64,000 nt of DNA from Parcubacteria group bacterium (GTDB taxonomy: Bacteria; Patescibacteriota; Patescibacteriia; UBA1558; GWA2-36-10): the NCBI GenBank assembly GCA_003104935.1, contig PQAE01000002.1, forward strand, positions 3,527 through 67,526. Reading direction: 5' to 3'. The notes beneath the pieces were generated by a model that ran no database searches, was not told the DNA's origin, and was given only the letters and a program-made list of their open reading frames with translations. Positions 26,157 to 35,072 of the stretch are shown here, in pieces. Each line of letters starts with the position of its first letter. Position 1 is the first letter of the stretch. Position numbers and translations under genes: made by a program.

Positions 26157-26884
26157 AATTCAACTGCTTTTAAAAAATTTCTGGTTTTCTCCAGAGCGGA
26201 CGGATTGCCCGTATCCAGCCAGACCGGAAATGGCATCCACTGAAAATCAGTACCCTGCTTTATCATATTTTCTAAAACATGAACTTCCGACAATCCGGAA
26301 TTGAGCCAGTCGGCTTTATAAATATCTTCCAGGTTTTTCCAAAAGGATTGATAATCATGAATTCCGTCCAAGCCGATATGAACAGAATCAAAAGCTTTAA
26401 TCCCCTTTTCATTTAATATTACTATTTTGCCATTATTGACGGTGTGCGTGCGATATTGGTCCAAGATGAGATCCGATTTAGGCCAATCTGCCACGTAGCC
26501 GCCTATCCAGTTGTGGTCCGGCTGTGGTATAGGGTCGACGACAATGGTATCGCAGGCCTGATAAATAAAAGGACACTGCAAATGCTCTTTGGCCTGCAAC
26601 AGGGAATACCCCAAACTACTGCCCGGCCCTTCATAATTGTCTACAATGGCAAACTCAAATTTTCTCTTTGGAAAATTTTTCACCAGAAATTCTTTGACCT
26701 GACTGCCCAAATATCCCAAGGTAATAACCACGCTTACATCGATCGGATAAGATTTTAATAAATAATAAATAATCGGTTTATTATTTATTAATACCAAGAC
26801 CTTGTTAGTATTTTTTGTTAGGTCTCCTAAGCGCGAGCCAGTACCCGAGGTGGTAATTAATACTTTGTAATCGCTATTTTTCAT
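26153..26884 (-). CDS. Sugar-phosphate nucleotidyltransferase (LicC/MurU/HddC-like NTP_transferase family)
   Basis: The N-terminal motif KVLITTSGTGSRLGDLT corresponds to the GxGxRL pyrophosphorylase motif. It is a paralog of the N-terminal domain of 29178..30785 (shared GPGSSLGYS.LQAK..LQCPFIY.A.DTIV). Confidence 0.65.
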   Translation of the reverse strand: MKNSDYKVLITTSGTGSRLGDLTKNTNKVLVLINNKPIIYYLLKSYPIDVSVVITLGYLGSQVKEFLVKNFPKRKFEFAIVDNYEGPGSSLGYSLLQAKEHLQCPFIYQACDTIVVDPIPQPDHNWIGGYVADWPKSDLILDQYRTHTVNNGKIVILNEKGIKAFDSVHIGLDGIHDYQSFWKNLEDIYKADWLNSGLSEVHVLENMIKQGTDFQWMPFPVWLDTGNPSALEKTRNFLKAVEL

Positions 26885-26888
26885 CTAA

Positions 26889-27887
26889 CTAAAGGTTGTT
26901 TAAATATAAAGTAAAATTTTTGGCCGCGCTGGAAATAATAATTTCCCGCAGATCTTCGTGCTGGCTGATTTGTCGGTATATTTTATCATACTGGGGAGTA
27001 GAAAAATTGTAGTGCCCGGCAATAACAGAACAGAGCAACCTATTGTCCTTATTATTATTAAGTAGCCATTTGCCCCAGCGGCCGCTCTGATAAACCAGCT
27101 TTAGCCACTCGCTGACATCGACACCGTAAACAAAGGCCCGCTCCAGGGTAATTATAGTTTGCAGGACCCCATACTGCGGGGCAATATTCATAGCGTCGAC
27201 TATGCCCCGACGCAATCTGATAGCCGAGTCATCCAGGTAATCGGCATTATGTTCCTTGATATTTAGATTATACTTACCGGCCAAGGCCTTGATTTGTTTG
27301 ACATAATCCAGATTAAAACTGCCGGCCTGATTGATTTCCTTAATTAAGCTTCCGGTTTGGCAGACAAAAAAGACGATATTTTTAAATTGAGAAAAAAAAT
27401 CCATGTCAGCTTCAATATCGGAAATATCTTTTGACAACTGACCGGTGTTTTCATCGGTGCCGATCTCGATCATCATTTCCGAATTTTTTTTGTGAATGTA
27501 TTCGATCGCTTTTTTTGACTCCACCAAAATCTGGCTATGATTTCCCGGCCAATGGCAAAAATCCACGTGGATCAAGTCAAAACCATTGGTGATGTCGCTA
27601 TCAATAGTTTGATAGACATCAGCCAAATCATTATTTTTAAAACCCGGACCGCAATGGTCACGGCAGATATACACTTTGGCCTGCGGATATTTTTCCCGGA
27701 GCTGACGGATATAGACCATATATTCCTCGGTATTCCAGGTATTGACATAGCCCCGGTCCCAGTCAATCTGGTTTTTGGAGGCGATTAACATAAGTGGCTT
27801 TAGTTCCTGCTGGGAACAACGAAAAACTGCCTCAATAATTTCAGAGCTCATTGGTCCGATGCCTAGTTGACTAATCAAATTTTTCAT
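26889..27887 (-). CDS. GatZ/KbaZ-family protein (tagatose-bisphosphate aldolase non-catalytic subunit / tagatose-6-P epimerase family)
   Basis: The N-terminal segment GIGPMSSEIIEAVFRCSQQELKPLMLIASKNQID...GY...VYICRDHCGPGF aligns position-by-position with E. coli GatZ GICSVCSAHPLVIEAALAF...VLIEATSNQVNQ..GY...IILGGDHLGPN, and FDLIHVDFC aligns with FSKIHLDAS. The protein is shorter (332 aa) than canonical GatZ. Confidence 0.45.
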   Translation of the reverse strand: MKNLISQLGIGPMSSEIIEAVFRCSQQELKPLMLIASKNQIDWDRGYVNTWNTEEYMVYIRQLREKYPQAKVYICRDHCGPGFKNNDLADVYQTIDSDITNGFDLIHVDFCHWPGNHSQILVESKKAIEYIHKKNSEMMIEIGTDENTGQLSKDISDIEADMDFFSQFKNIVFFVCQTGSLIKEINQAGSFNLDYVKQIKALAGKYNLNIKEHNADYLDDSAIRLRRGIVDAMNIAPQYGVLQTIITLERAFVYGVDVSEWLKLVYQSGRWGKWLLNNNKDNRLLCSVIAGHYNFSTPQYDKIYRQISQHEDLREIIISSAAKNFTLYLNNL

Positions 27888-28642
27888 CTTTTGCGGTTAA
27901 AAAAGTAGTTCTTGGTCAGCTTAGTTTTGACCGCGGGCGTGATCTCCCACCTGTCTGATAAACCACTGATAATATTATCAACCGCTTCTTTTAATCCTGA
28001 CTGGCAGCCATAATCGTCAAAAACTACATAACATCTCTCCGCCATCAGATCACCCTCCAGCAAAATCTTAAATATCTCTTGAGCGCTGGAAGCGATATCG
28101 CAGTCTATGTGAACCAGACAAAACTTCCGGCTCTTAAGCTTAGTAACAATGTCTTTGGTTTCTGAAAAATTATTTTTATAAAATACAACTTTCTTTTTGG
28201 TAGGGCTATAAAGGTCTCGACTGTAATAAATACTGCGGCGGCAATCCTTGAGACTGGCGTCACTAAACTGGACTTTTTTAAAAACCCCGTCCGCCTCGGG
28301 CAAACCGGCAAAACTGTCCAGACCGATAATATTTTTATCAAAAATGCCGGTTCTTTCCAGTAGATAAGCCAGCCACAGCACAGAAAATCCTTTCCAGCAG
28401 CCAAATTCCACCACGTCTCCGGGTAATTTATCCCTGTCGATAGATTCTATGATTTCCTTAAAATTTGTCAGACGGCCAATCTGATGCTCTAGCTCCACTT
28501 CGACCTCCTTAATTTTATGGTAATAATTCCAATTGAGATCGGCCGGTTTGTAAATCAGATCCAAGGGTTTATAGACTAAATTATGTAAATTAAAAAAAAG
28601 CGGGATCTTGGCCAAATAATTGTTGATTCTGCTTCTGGTCAT
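27884..28642 (-). CDS. TylF/MycF-family class I SAM-dependent O-methyltransferase
   Basis: GDVVEFGCWKGFSVLWLA...IGLDSFAGLPE matches the macrocin-O-methyltransferase (TylF) fold. Confidence 0.55.
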   Translation of the reverse strand: MTRSRINNYLAKIPLFFNLHNLVYKPLDLIYKPADLNWNYYHKIKEVEVELEHQIGRLTNFKEIIESIDRDKLPGDVVEFGCWKGFSVLWLAYLLERTGIFDKNIIGLDSFAGLPEADGVFKKVQFSDASLKDCRRSIYYSRDLYSPTKKKVVFYKNNFSETKDIVTKLKSRKFCLVHIDCDIASSAQEIFKILLEGDLMAERCYVVFDDYGCQSGLKEAVDNIISGLSDRWEITPAVKTKLTKNYFFNRKR

Positions 28643-28653
28643 AATAACTGATT

Positions 28654-29205
28654 CTATCTGCTTTCCTTCCAGATGCTCTGATGATTGGCCAAATCCGGAT
28701 TCAAAGGGTCAAAGGGCTCAAAAAACTTTTCCATGATATGGATGCAGGCCTCGGCCACGGCGCTGTCTCCCCCGCGCGAGGGTGTTACAAAATGAGCGTG
28801 TTGCTTGGCGGTGTGGATGGCATTAGCCGGAGCAATGGCATAGGCCACTTTGGCAAAAACCATAGCGTCAAAGATGCCGTCGCCCATATAGATGGTTTGA
28901 GATAAATCATAATTTTTCTTGATCCATTCTACCCGCTCAAAAGTACTAACCAAATCCAGCGGCAATTTCATATCTTCTACTACTCTTTTTTTTGTAATGG
29001 CAAAACCGCGCTTATCACCACTGATCAGATGAACAATCAGGTATTTTTTTAAGAGTCCTAGGGCATCATTATCGTCCGGGCCAAATAGCTTGGCTATCTT
29101 ACCATCCACTGTATAATAATAGGAGCCATCTGTCAGAACGCCGTCCACATCCAAAATAAAATACTTTGGTGTTTTGACTAATTTTCCCGTTGCAGGTTTC
29201 TCCAT
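28654..29205 (-). CDS. KdsC-family HAD phosphatase (ulosonate/sugar-phosphate phosphatase)
   Basis: YFILDVDGVLTDGSYYYTVDGKIAKLFGPDDNDALGLL... has the HAD motif I DxDG and KdsC-like context (KdsC: LLILDVDGVLTDG.IYY...GEE.KAFNVRDG). Confidence 0.7.
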   Translation of the reverse strand: MEKPATGKLVKTPKYFILDVDGVLTDGSYYYTVDGKIAKLFGPDDNDALGLLKKYLIVHLISGDKRGFAITKKRVVEDMKLPLDLVSTFERVEWIKKNYDLSQTIYMGDGIFDAMVFAKVAYAIAPANAIHTAKQHAHFVTPSRGGDSAVAEACIHIMEKFFEPFDPLNPDLANHQSIWKESR

Positions 29206-30785
29206 AGGTGTAATTTACCAAAATAGTATAAAAATAAATTAAAAGGTTCGTGATGCAAGGGCGACATGTTTAGCCAGATCAGCGCGGTCAGTACCCGGAC
29301 TTTCCTAATATCATATTGACCCCGGGACAAAAACGAATAGAGAGTCTCCTGACAATGTACTAAATTATCTTTGCGCAGTATATCGACGTGGACGTGCCCG
29401 TCGTCTCTCTTTTCTATGCTAAATAAATTTTGATTGACGATATCGTGGTTGACCGTCAAATTGTGATTTAACTTGGCCAAATCATAATATTTATCTCCGG
29501 CCGCCAGCAACCCGCCAAAATTTTGGCGCCAGTCCAAAAGACAATAGCCGTGTTTGGTCTTCAGGATATTGTCCAATATGAAATCACCGTGAAAATTGCT
29601 GGGCTGACTATCACACAGCCACTTAAAGTCAATCATCTCCAACATCTTGCCCAAGCTCGGGATTTTCTCCTCATTGATAATATCCTCTTGGTCTTTTAAA
29701 CCAGCCAGTGACCTCAGCTTGTCGGTGCGCTCTACGGTCTTGGTATAATAGAAATCGTGACAAATATCCTTAAAATCGCGTCCGCCCAGCTCGGTGGTTT
29801 CCTTGGGTTTGGTCCAGAGATTTGTCTCGGCCCACTCTAAAAAATGTAAAAAATCATGAGGCGAAACCACCCGGGAGTAGAGATCGCCCTCTACAAATTC
29901 GTAGCGGTAGAAATTACCGACCGCGCCCGAGACCCTTGGCACCAAACCAGATAAAATTTTGGCCCGGGCTACCCGGTCATCGATATTTTTTTTGTCGTAA
30001 AAAAACTTTATAACAAAATCCCGGAAAATAAAAATGGATTCGTTAATTTTGTCTAAAATATGCAAAGGGTCTTTGATTTTTTGGCGAGCCTGGTCGATAC
30101 CCCGCAGATGGCCCACATCAAACCAGCTGGTAACCGGAAGAGACTTAAAAAAACTCTGGCGGCTGCTGATCATATCATTGATCACGGCCATATCTCCCAG
30201 GGTCGGATCCAATTTATTGGCCTGATACAGAGACTCTAGACTCTGCCAAAAAATATCATATTGTTTGATGCCGACCAGGCCGATGTGAAGATTGTGAGTA
30301 TAACCATAATTGGTCGCGCCCTTGTTATCAATATGCATCACCCGATCCCCAACAACATTGATCGAAGCATAGTCGGAGGTATCGCTGCTCTGAAAACACG
30401 CCACCCAGTTACCCAGCGGCTCGGCTATTTTATCTTCCACTATCGTGTCGCCGGCGTGGTAAATAAACGGGCACTGCAAAAAATCCTTGGCCTGCAACAT
30501 GGAATATCCCAGACTGCTCCCCGGCCCGTCATAATTATCCACTTCCACAAAAGTCACCGGCCGTTCCGGATAAGCCAATTTTACAAAATCCCTGACCTGC
30601 TCCCCAAAATGCCCGATCAAAATCACTATCGGAACATCCGGCGCATAGGCTTCAATGATATGAGACAGGGTCGGTTTTTTTCCGACCCGAATCAAAGCAT
30701 GGTTAGTATACTGGACTAACTCGCCTAATTGGCTGCTGACGCTAGCCGCCGGTATTAAAACCTTGTAAGCCTTATTTTCTGCCAT
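29178..30785 (-). CDS. Bifunctional sugar-phosphate nucleotidyltransferase (N-terminus) / APH-choline-kinase-like kinase (C-terminus)
   Basis: The N-terminal NTP-transferase domain (YKVLIPAASVSSQLGEL...) is paralogous to 26153..26884. The C-terminal half has protein-kinase-like-fold motifs HGDFILDNIL (HxDxxxxNxL) and LLDWRQNFGG. The start was placed at the internal ATG (MAENKAYKVL) to avoid a 90-nt overlap with the upstream cupin gene. Confidence 0.6.
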   Translation of the reverse strand: MAENKAYKVLIPAASVSSQLGELVQYTNHALIRVGKKPTLSHIIEAYAPDVPIVILIGHFGEQVRDFVKLAYPERPVTFVEVDNYDGPGSSLGYSMLQAKDFLQCPFIYHAGDTIVEDKIAEPLGNWVACFQSSDTSDYASINVVGDRVMHIDNKGATNYGYTHNLHIGLVGIKQYDIFWQSLESLYQANKLDPTLGDMAVINDMISSRQSFFKSLPVTSWFDVGHLRGIDQARQKIKDPLHILDKINESIFIFRDFVIKFFYDKKNIDDRVARAKILSGLVPRVSGAVGNFYRYEFVEGDLYSRVVSPHDFLHFLEWAETNLWTKPKETTELGGRDFKDICHDFYYTKTVERTDKLRSLAGLKDQEDIINEEKIPSLGKMLEMIDFKWLCDSQPSNFHGDFILDNILKTKHGYCLLDWRQNFGGLLAAGDKYYDLAKLNHNLTVNHDIVNQNLFSIEKRDDGHVHVDILRKDNLVHCQETLYSFLSRGQYDIRKVRVLTALIWLNMSPLHHEPFNLFLYYFGKLHLWRNLQREN

Positions 30786-31125
30786 AATCATCGCTGATTC
30801 TAACAACGTCATCCAACTCGGAAGTGGAGCACTCCAGATAGAGTGCATCCGCCTCGCGCGCAATCATCCGGTGCTTTTGCCCCGGTTTTATGGTAATAAC
30901 CTCGCCGGGTTCTAAAAAAATCTCACCATCATCGAGCAAAATAATTAAACGGCCGGATAGGGCCAGAACGGTCTCCATCTTACGCTCATGATATTGATAT
31001 GAGCACTGGTGCCCCTGTTTCATCAGCAACCGCTTGACCGTATATTTTTCGTTGGTCTCTAAAATATCCTCGTAACCCCAGGGTTTTCCTATATGTTTGA
31101 TATTATTGGTTTTAGTATCGTCCAT
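30772..31125 (-). CDS. Stand-alone cupin, phosphomannose-isomerase type II (ManC C-terminal-like) family
   Basis: KPWGYEDIL...YTVKRLLMKQGHQCSYQYHERKMETVLALSG...GE...IKPGQKHRM parallels the ManC/PMI C-terminal domain (RPWG.YE...VKRI.V.PG..LSLQ.HHHRAEHW.VV.G). Confidence 0.65.
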   Translation of the reverse strand: MDDTKTNNIKHIGKPWGYEDILETNEKYTVKRLLMKQGHQCSYQYHERKMETVLALSGRLIILLDDGEIFLEPGEVITIKPGQKHRMIAREADALYLECSTSELDDVVRISDDYGRK

Positions 31126-31130
31126 GTTTT

Positions 31131-32345
31131 TTAATCAGTGGCAAATTTAATTTTTTTATTTTGTAAACCGGCTCTGATGAGTATAAAAACACTATCTTCG
31201 GTGGCCCGCACTGTATGCCGGATATTGGGATAATAACTCAGGCTTTGGCCGGCCGCCAGCTGTTTCTGGCTGGATCCGACTGAGACCGACAGCGAACCTT
31301 TTATCAAAAAGATGGTTTCTTTAAGCAAAACATTAATTCTAATCTCATCCTGATAATACCTCTGAGTATACTCTTTATTTTTGCCCAAATCAACCTTTAA
31401 TACGTCATAATAGTCATTATTTTCGAGTAGCACTCTGCCCGGCTCTACCTGACCGTCTGGCGCCATAGTGATGCCCTGGAGCGGATACAAACCTCTTTTG
31501 ATGAGCTGTGAACCGGGATAATTTATGTCGTCATCAAGGCAGACAAAGAGCTCGGTTTTGGGAACGGCTACCTTGATCGGCAAAATATATTTCCGGTCCT
31601 GGCTGATTTCCAATTCAAAGGGAGTTTCCAGGGGAAATCTTCGTAACCGATAAAAAAATATTTTGTTGATGGCATCCCAGCCTTTCTTTTTGTTAAAGGC
31701 CATGCCCAATCTGTTGAGCAGAGTCATAAAACTATAGAGCAGATGGGTAAAAAATATAGGCAACTTTATTCTTTCGGCTTCGATGACTTTTAGTAAAAAA
31801 TCTTTTTTAAATATAGCCGCGGCCGATACTATGCACAAACGCTGTTGTAAGGGGAAAAATAAATCCAGATTTTCTCTGGTCACATCGGCCAGGTCAATAT
31901 CATTATAGGACCGGATTATGCCCGGTTGGCTAATCGCCTTAAATCTGTCGCGCCAGTGCGGCAGATAGGTATAAAGCATATAATCCGCGTCCTGCTCGGC
32001 CATCTCGGACACCACTCTGGTGATAGTTTCCTGAGGGGCGATATTGAGATGATCTTCGTTCCAAACCAAAATATATTTATGCTTGGCCTGCTCTAGCATC
32101 TCCAAAGCGTTGCGGAGCCACCCCCCGCCCTTCCGCTTATCGTCCAATAATTCAAAAAGAATCATCTGGTCGCCGAGATTTTCCCGCAAAAAATCTATGG
32201 TTTCCAGACGCAGGTCGCCCCGCACATTGACTAGCCAATTATCGCTCACGGTATTGAATGAAAAAAAGGAATCCTTGAGGTGCTCCAGGCGCTGTCGGCT
32301 GTTAACTCTGATATTGGCTAAAATTGTCAGGTTTTGTCCGCTCAT
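31131..32345 (-). CDS. Hypothetical protein (404 aa), possible glycan-modifying enzyme with a C-terminal cupin-like beta-sandwich
   Basis: There is no confident motif. The C-terminal GQSLSYYPNIRHTVRATEDSVFILIRAG resembles a cupin strand pair. The gene is embedded between cupin and GT2 genes. Confidence 0.3.
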   Translation of the reverse strand: MSGQNLTILANIRVNSRQRLEHLKDSFFSFNTVSDNWLVNVRGDLRLETIDFLRENLGDQMILFELLDDKRKGGGWLRNALEMLEQAKHKYILVWNEDHLNIAPQETITRVVSEMAEQDADYMLYTYLPHWRDRFKAISQPGIIRSYNDIDLADVTRENLDLFFPLQQRLCIVSAAAIFKKDFLLKVIEAERIKLPIFFTHLLYSFMTLLNRLGMAFNKKKGWDAINKIFFYRLRRFPLETPFELEISQDRKYILPIKVAVPKTELFVCLDDDINYPGSQLIKRGLYPLQGITMAPDGQVEPGRVLLENNDYYDVLKVDLGKNKEYTQRYYQDEIRINVLLKETIFLIKGSLSVSVGSSQKQLAAGQSLSYYPNIRHTVRATEDSVFILIRAGLQNKKIKFATD

Positions 32346-33181
32346 ACATTTTTATCATCAGCGGTACGGGATTGTTTTTGCTCCCAAAACTCCGGATATT
32401 TATTTGGTTTTAAACCCACAAAAAACTCCACTAAAAAAGCATCCAGGGCGCGCATATAAGCATACTTAAACCCCAGCTTGCCGTCCTTATATAATTTTCC
32501 CCTGAAGTATAATTTTCTAAAACGATAACCAAAATACCAAATACCGCGCAAAAAATGTCCCAAAAAACTCTTTGTTTTAGGAACCCGCTCTATCTGTAGT
32601 TCCAGCTGAAATAAGATCCTCTGGGGACGGTAGATATAATGATTCCAGCGTTGCTGATGCCAGATAATACCCTCAAAAACATCCGCTTTCCTGTCGTGTA
32701 CTAACTGTTCATGAACTCTGCCCCCTTCATCAGACCGATAATAAATACCCAAATTATTTCTGATGATTCTCTCTGGATAATCTATCAGATGCGGCAAAGA
32801 TTCATCTACTCTTTTTATTTTGACGACGTCGGGATTCTTTTCTACTAAAAATTTGCGCACATTATTTTTAAAATCTTCGGCCAGTCTTTCGTCAGTCGCC
32901 AAAAGAACGAGATATCCCCGGGTGGAGTTTCTAATGGCAAAATTCCAGGCTTGGCCGTAATGAAAAGCACCCGGAGCTTGGTAGTGATAAAGCTTGATGT
33001 TATTATATTTTTTTACAAAACTATCGACAATCTCCAGAGTCTTATCGGAAGAGCCAGTATCGACCACTACTATTTCGTCTGCAAAATCAACCAAGTCAGA
33101 CAGATAACCCGCTATCTGTTTTTCTTCGTTCTTCACAATATTATAAACCGACAAGGTTATTTTTTTTTCGTCCGTATTCAT
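32342..33181 (-). CDS. Glycosyltransferase family 2
   Basis: The N-terminal GT-A signature is LSVYNIVKNEEKQIAGYLSDLVDFADEIVVVDTGSSDKT. Confidence 0.7.
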   Translation of the reverse strand: MNTDEKKITLSVYNIVKNEEKQIAGYLSDLVDFADEIVVVDTGSSDKTLEIVDSFVKKYNNIKLYHYQAPGAFHYGQAWNFAIRNSTRGYLVLLATDERLAEDFKNNVRKFLVEKNPDVVKIKRVDESLPHLIDYPERIIRNNLGIYYRSDEGGRVHEQLVHDRKADVFEGIIWHQQRWNHYIYRPQRILFQLELQIERVPKTKSFLGHFLRGIWYFGYRFRKLYFRGKLYKDGKLGFKYAYMRALDAFLVEFFVGLKPNKYPEFWEQKQSRTADDKNV

Positions 33182-33196
33182 GAGATCAGCTATTTT

Positions 33197-34309
33197 CTAA
33201 TCTTTATGGCTAAAAAAATCTGCGATGGCTCCGGCGACATAAGTACACTGCTCCTCGGTCAGCTCGGCGTACATCGGCAAGGATAAAATCTCCGGCACAA
33301 CCTTTTCCGCTACCGGATATGAACCGGCGGGCAAATTTAGGTGGGCAAAGGCCGGCTGTAAATGAATGGGAATGGGATAATGTATGCCGGTGGCGATGTC
33401 CTTGGTTTGCAGATACTGCTGCAGTTCGTCACGCTTTTTGGTACGAATAATATAAAGGTGATAATTTCCACGCGAATATTCCGGTTCGCCAGGCAAAATA
33501 ACTTCCTGTACATTTTTTAACAAATCACTATAGCACTGAGCGTGTCCGCGACGCAAGTCGTTCCAGGAATCTAAATACTTTAATTTAACGTCTAACACCG
33601 CGCCCTGAATACCGTCCATGCGAAAATTTCCGCCTATCATCTCATGATGATATTTTTTTATAGATCCGTGGTCTCTGAGTTTATATAGTTTATCAGCCAG
33701 AACGCCGTCGTTGGTAATGACAGCGCCGCCCTCGCCATAAGCCCCGAGGTTTTTACCGGGATAAAAACTAAAACATCCCAGTAAGCCGATAGAACCTGCC
33801 TTTTTTCCTTTATATTTGGCGCCGTGGGCCTGGCAGGCGTCTTCGATCACTAAGAGATGGTTTTTTTCCGCCAGGGACATGATCGGATCCATATCCGCGG
33901 TCTGACCATATAAATGCACCGGGATAATGGCTTTAGTTTTGGGAGTGATTTTGGCTTCTATTTTACTGACATCAATATTATTTGTTTGTTCGTCAATATC
34001 CACAAAAACAGGTATAGCACCCAGCAGGGCGATACTGCTGGCTGTGGCAATAAAGGTATTCGGGACGGTAATCACTTCATCACCGGCCTTGATGCCCGCG
34101 GCCAACAGAGCGAGATAAAGCGCCGCGGTTCCGGACTCTACTCCGATAGCGTATTTGACGCCGTTATACTCCGCAAAATTTTTCTCAAAACTTTCCACAT
34201 ATTTGCCCGAAACAAAAGCCGTGTTGTCTATCACCGCTTGGATAGCGGCGTCAATCTCTGGCTTAATCTTTAAGTATTGGGCGCGCAGATCAACAAAAGG
34301 AACTTTCAT
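33197..34309 (-). CDS. DegT/DnrJ/EryC1/StrS-family PLP-dependent sugar aminotransferase
   Basis: The full-length signature runs VDLRAQY...GVESGTAALYLAL...DEVITVPNTFIATA...IIPVHLYGQ...EDACQAHGA...SFYPGKNLGAYGEGGAV (PLP lysine). Confidence 0.9.
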   Translation of the reverse strand: MKVPFVDLRAQYLKIKPEIDAAIQAVIDNTAFVSGKYVESFEKNFAEYNGVKYAIGVESGTAALYLALLAAGIKAGDEVITVPNTFIATASSIALLGAIPVFVDIDEQTNNIDVSKIEAKITPKTKAIIPVHLYGQTADMDPIMSLAEKNHLLVIEDACQAHGAKYKGKKAGSIGLLGCFSFYPGKNLGAYGEGGAVITNDGVLADKLYKLRDHGSIKKYHHEMIGGNFRMDGIQGAVLDVKLKYLDSWNDLRRGHAQCYSDLLKNVQEVILPGEPEYSRGNYHLYIIRTKKRDELQQYLQTKDIATGIHYPIPIHLQPAFAHLNLPAGSYPVAEKVVPEILSLPMYAELTEEQCTYVAGAIADFFSHKD

Positions 34310-34313
34310 AGTA

Positions 34314-35072
34314 TTATTTCTTGTAAATTTTATTAGGTATTAAATATACTCTTTCCTCCCCCACCGTGAAATAAGGCGGTTCAAAATTTGGCATCGAGGT
34401 CGCCCGGACATAACGAAATATTTTTTCGGCCGGCCAGCTGACATCAATTTTTTTTATGTCCGTAATTTCCTTCCGGTAATGTATGGAATGTTTTCTGGTC
34501 TGATAATAATCCTTTTGCGGCGTTAATTTATAATTAGCGCTAACTATGTTGCCGATCTCGGCCTCAAATAACTCCAGCGAATTATCAAAAGTAAGATCAT
34601 AAAGCTCGCTCACGTAACAATTTTCGGGAATGGCAAATCTTTTTTCGGCGATGATATCGCCGCTATCAATCCCCGCCTCTAGGCGATGGAGCGTAGTGCC
34701 AAAAACTTTGTCGTCATTTATGATGGCAAAAGAAAATTGGTTACAGCCCCGGTACTCCGGCAAAGGAGCCATGTGCAGATTTATAGCAATCTGTTTGGCG
34801 ACGTCAATATGCTCCTGTTTTAAAATCAAGTGATATTGGACGGAAATCAAGATATCTACATCCTTTAGTCCGATGATGTCATCCAGATTACTGATAACGG
34901 GAAGGTTATTATTTTTTGACAAAGTTTCTATATTTAGACTGCTGTCAAAATTTTTGTCTTCCACGGTCAAAACGCTCCGGATGTTGATACCCAGGCGTTC
35001 TTTGTTTTTTATCAGTATCTCCAGGCATTTGTAGCCGATGGGCTTGGTGCCTAAAAAAAGGATGTTCTTCAT
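34314..35072 (-). CDS. Sugar N-formyltransferase (formyl_trans_N family; WbkC/ArnA-N/FdtF-like)
   Basis: HMAPLPEYRGCNQFSFAIINDDKVFGTTLHRLEAGIDSGDII corresponds to the HxSLLPxxRG and catalytic Asp motifs of Fmt-like N10-formyl-THF-dependent transferases. The gene overlaps the aminotransferase-oxidoreductase pair. Confidence 0.75.
   Translation of the reverse strand: MKNILFLGTKPIGYKCLEILIKNKERLGINIRSVLTVEDKNFDSSLNIETLSKNNNLPVISNLDDIIGLKDVDILISVQYHLILKQEHIDVAKQIAINLHMAPLPEYRGCNQFSFAIINDDKVFGTTLHRLEAGIDSGDIIAEKRFAIPENCYVSELYDLTFDNSLELFEAEIGNIVSANYKLTPQKDYYQTRKHSIHYRKEITDIKKIDVSWPAEKIFRYVRATSMPNFEPPYFTVGEERVYLIPNKIYKK

Noticed and set aside
26889-27887. Treating the 332-aa ORF as a spurious or unknown ORF
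   Set aside because: Its N-terminal 80 residues align motif-for-motif with the GatZ/KbaZ family (GI..S....IEA...... LI..SxNQ...GY.....I..DH.GP). It is therefore kept as a real, if unusual, member of that family.
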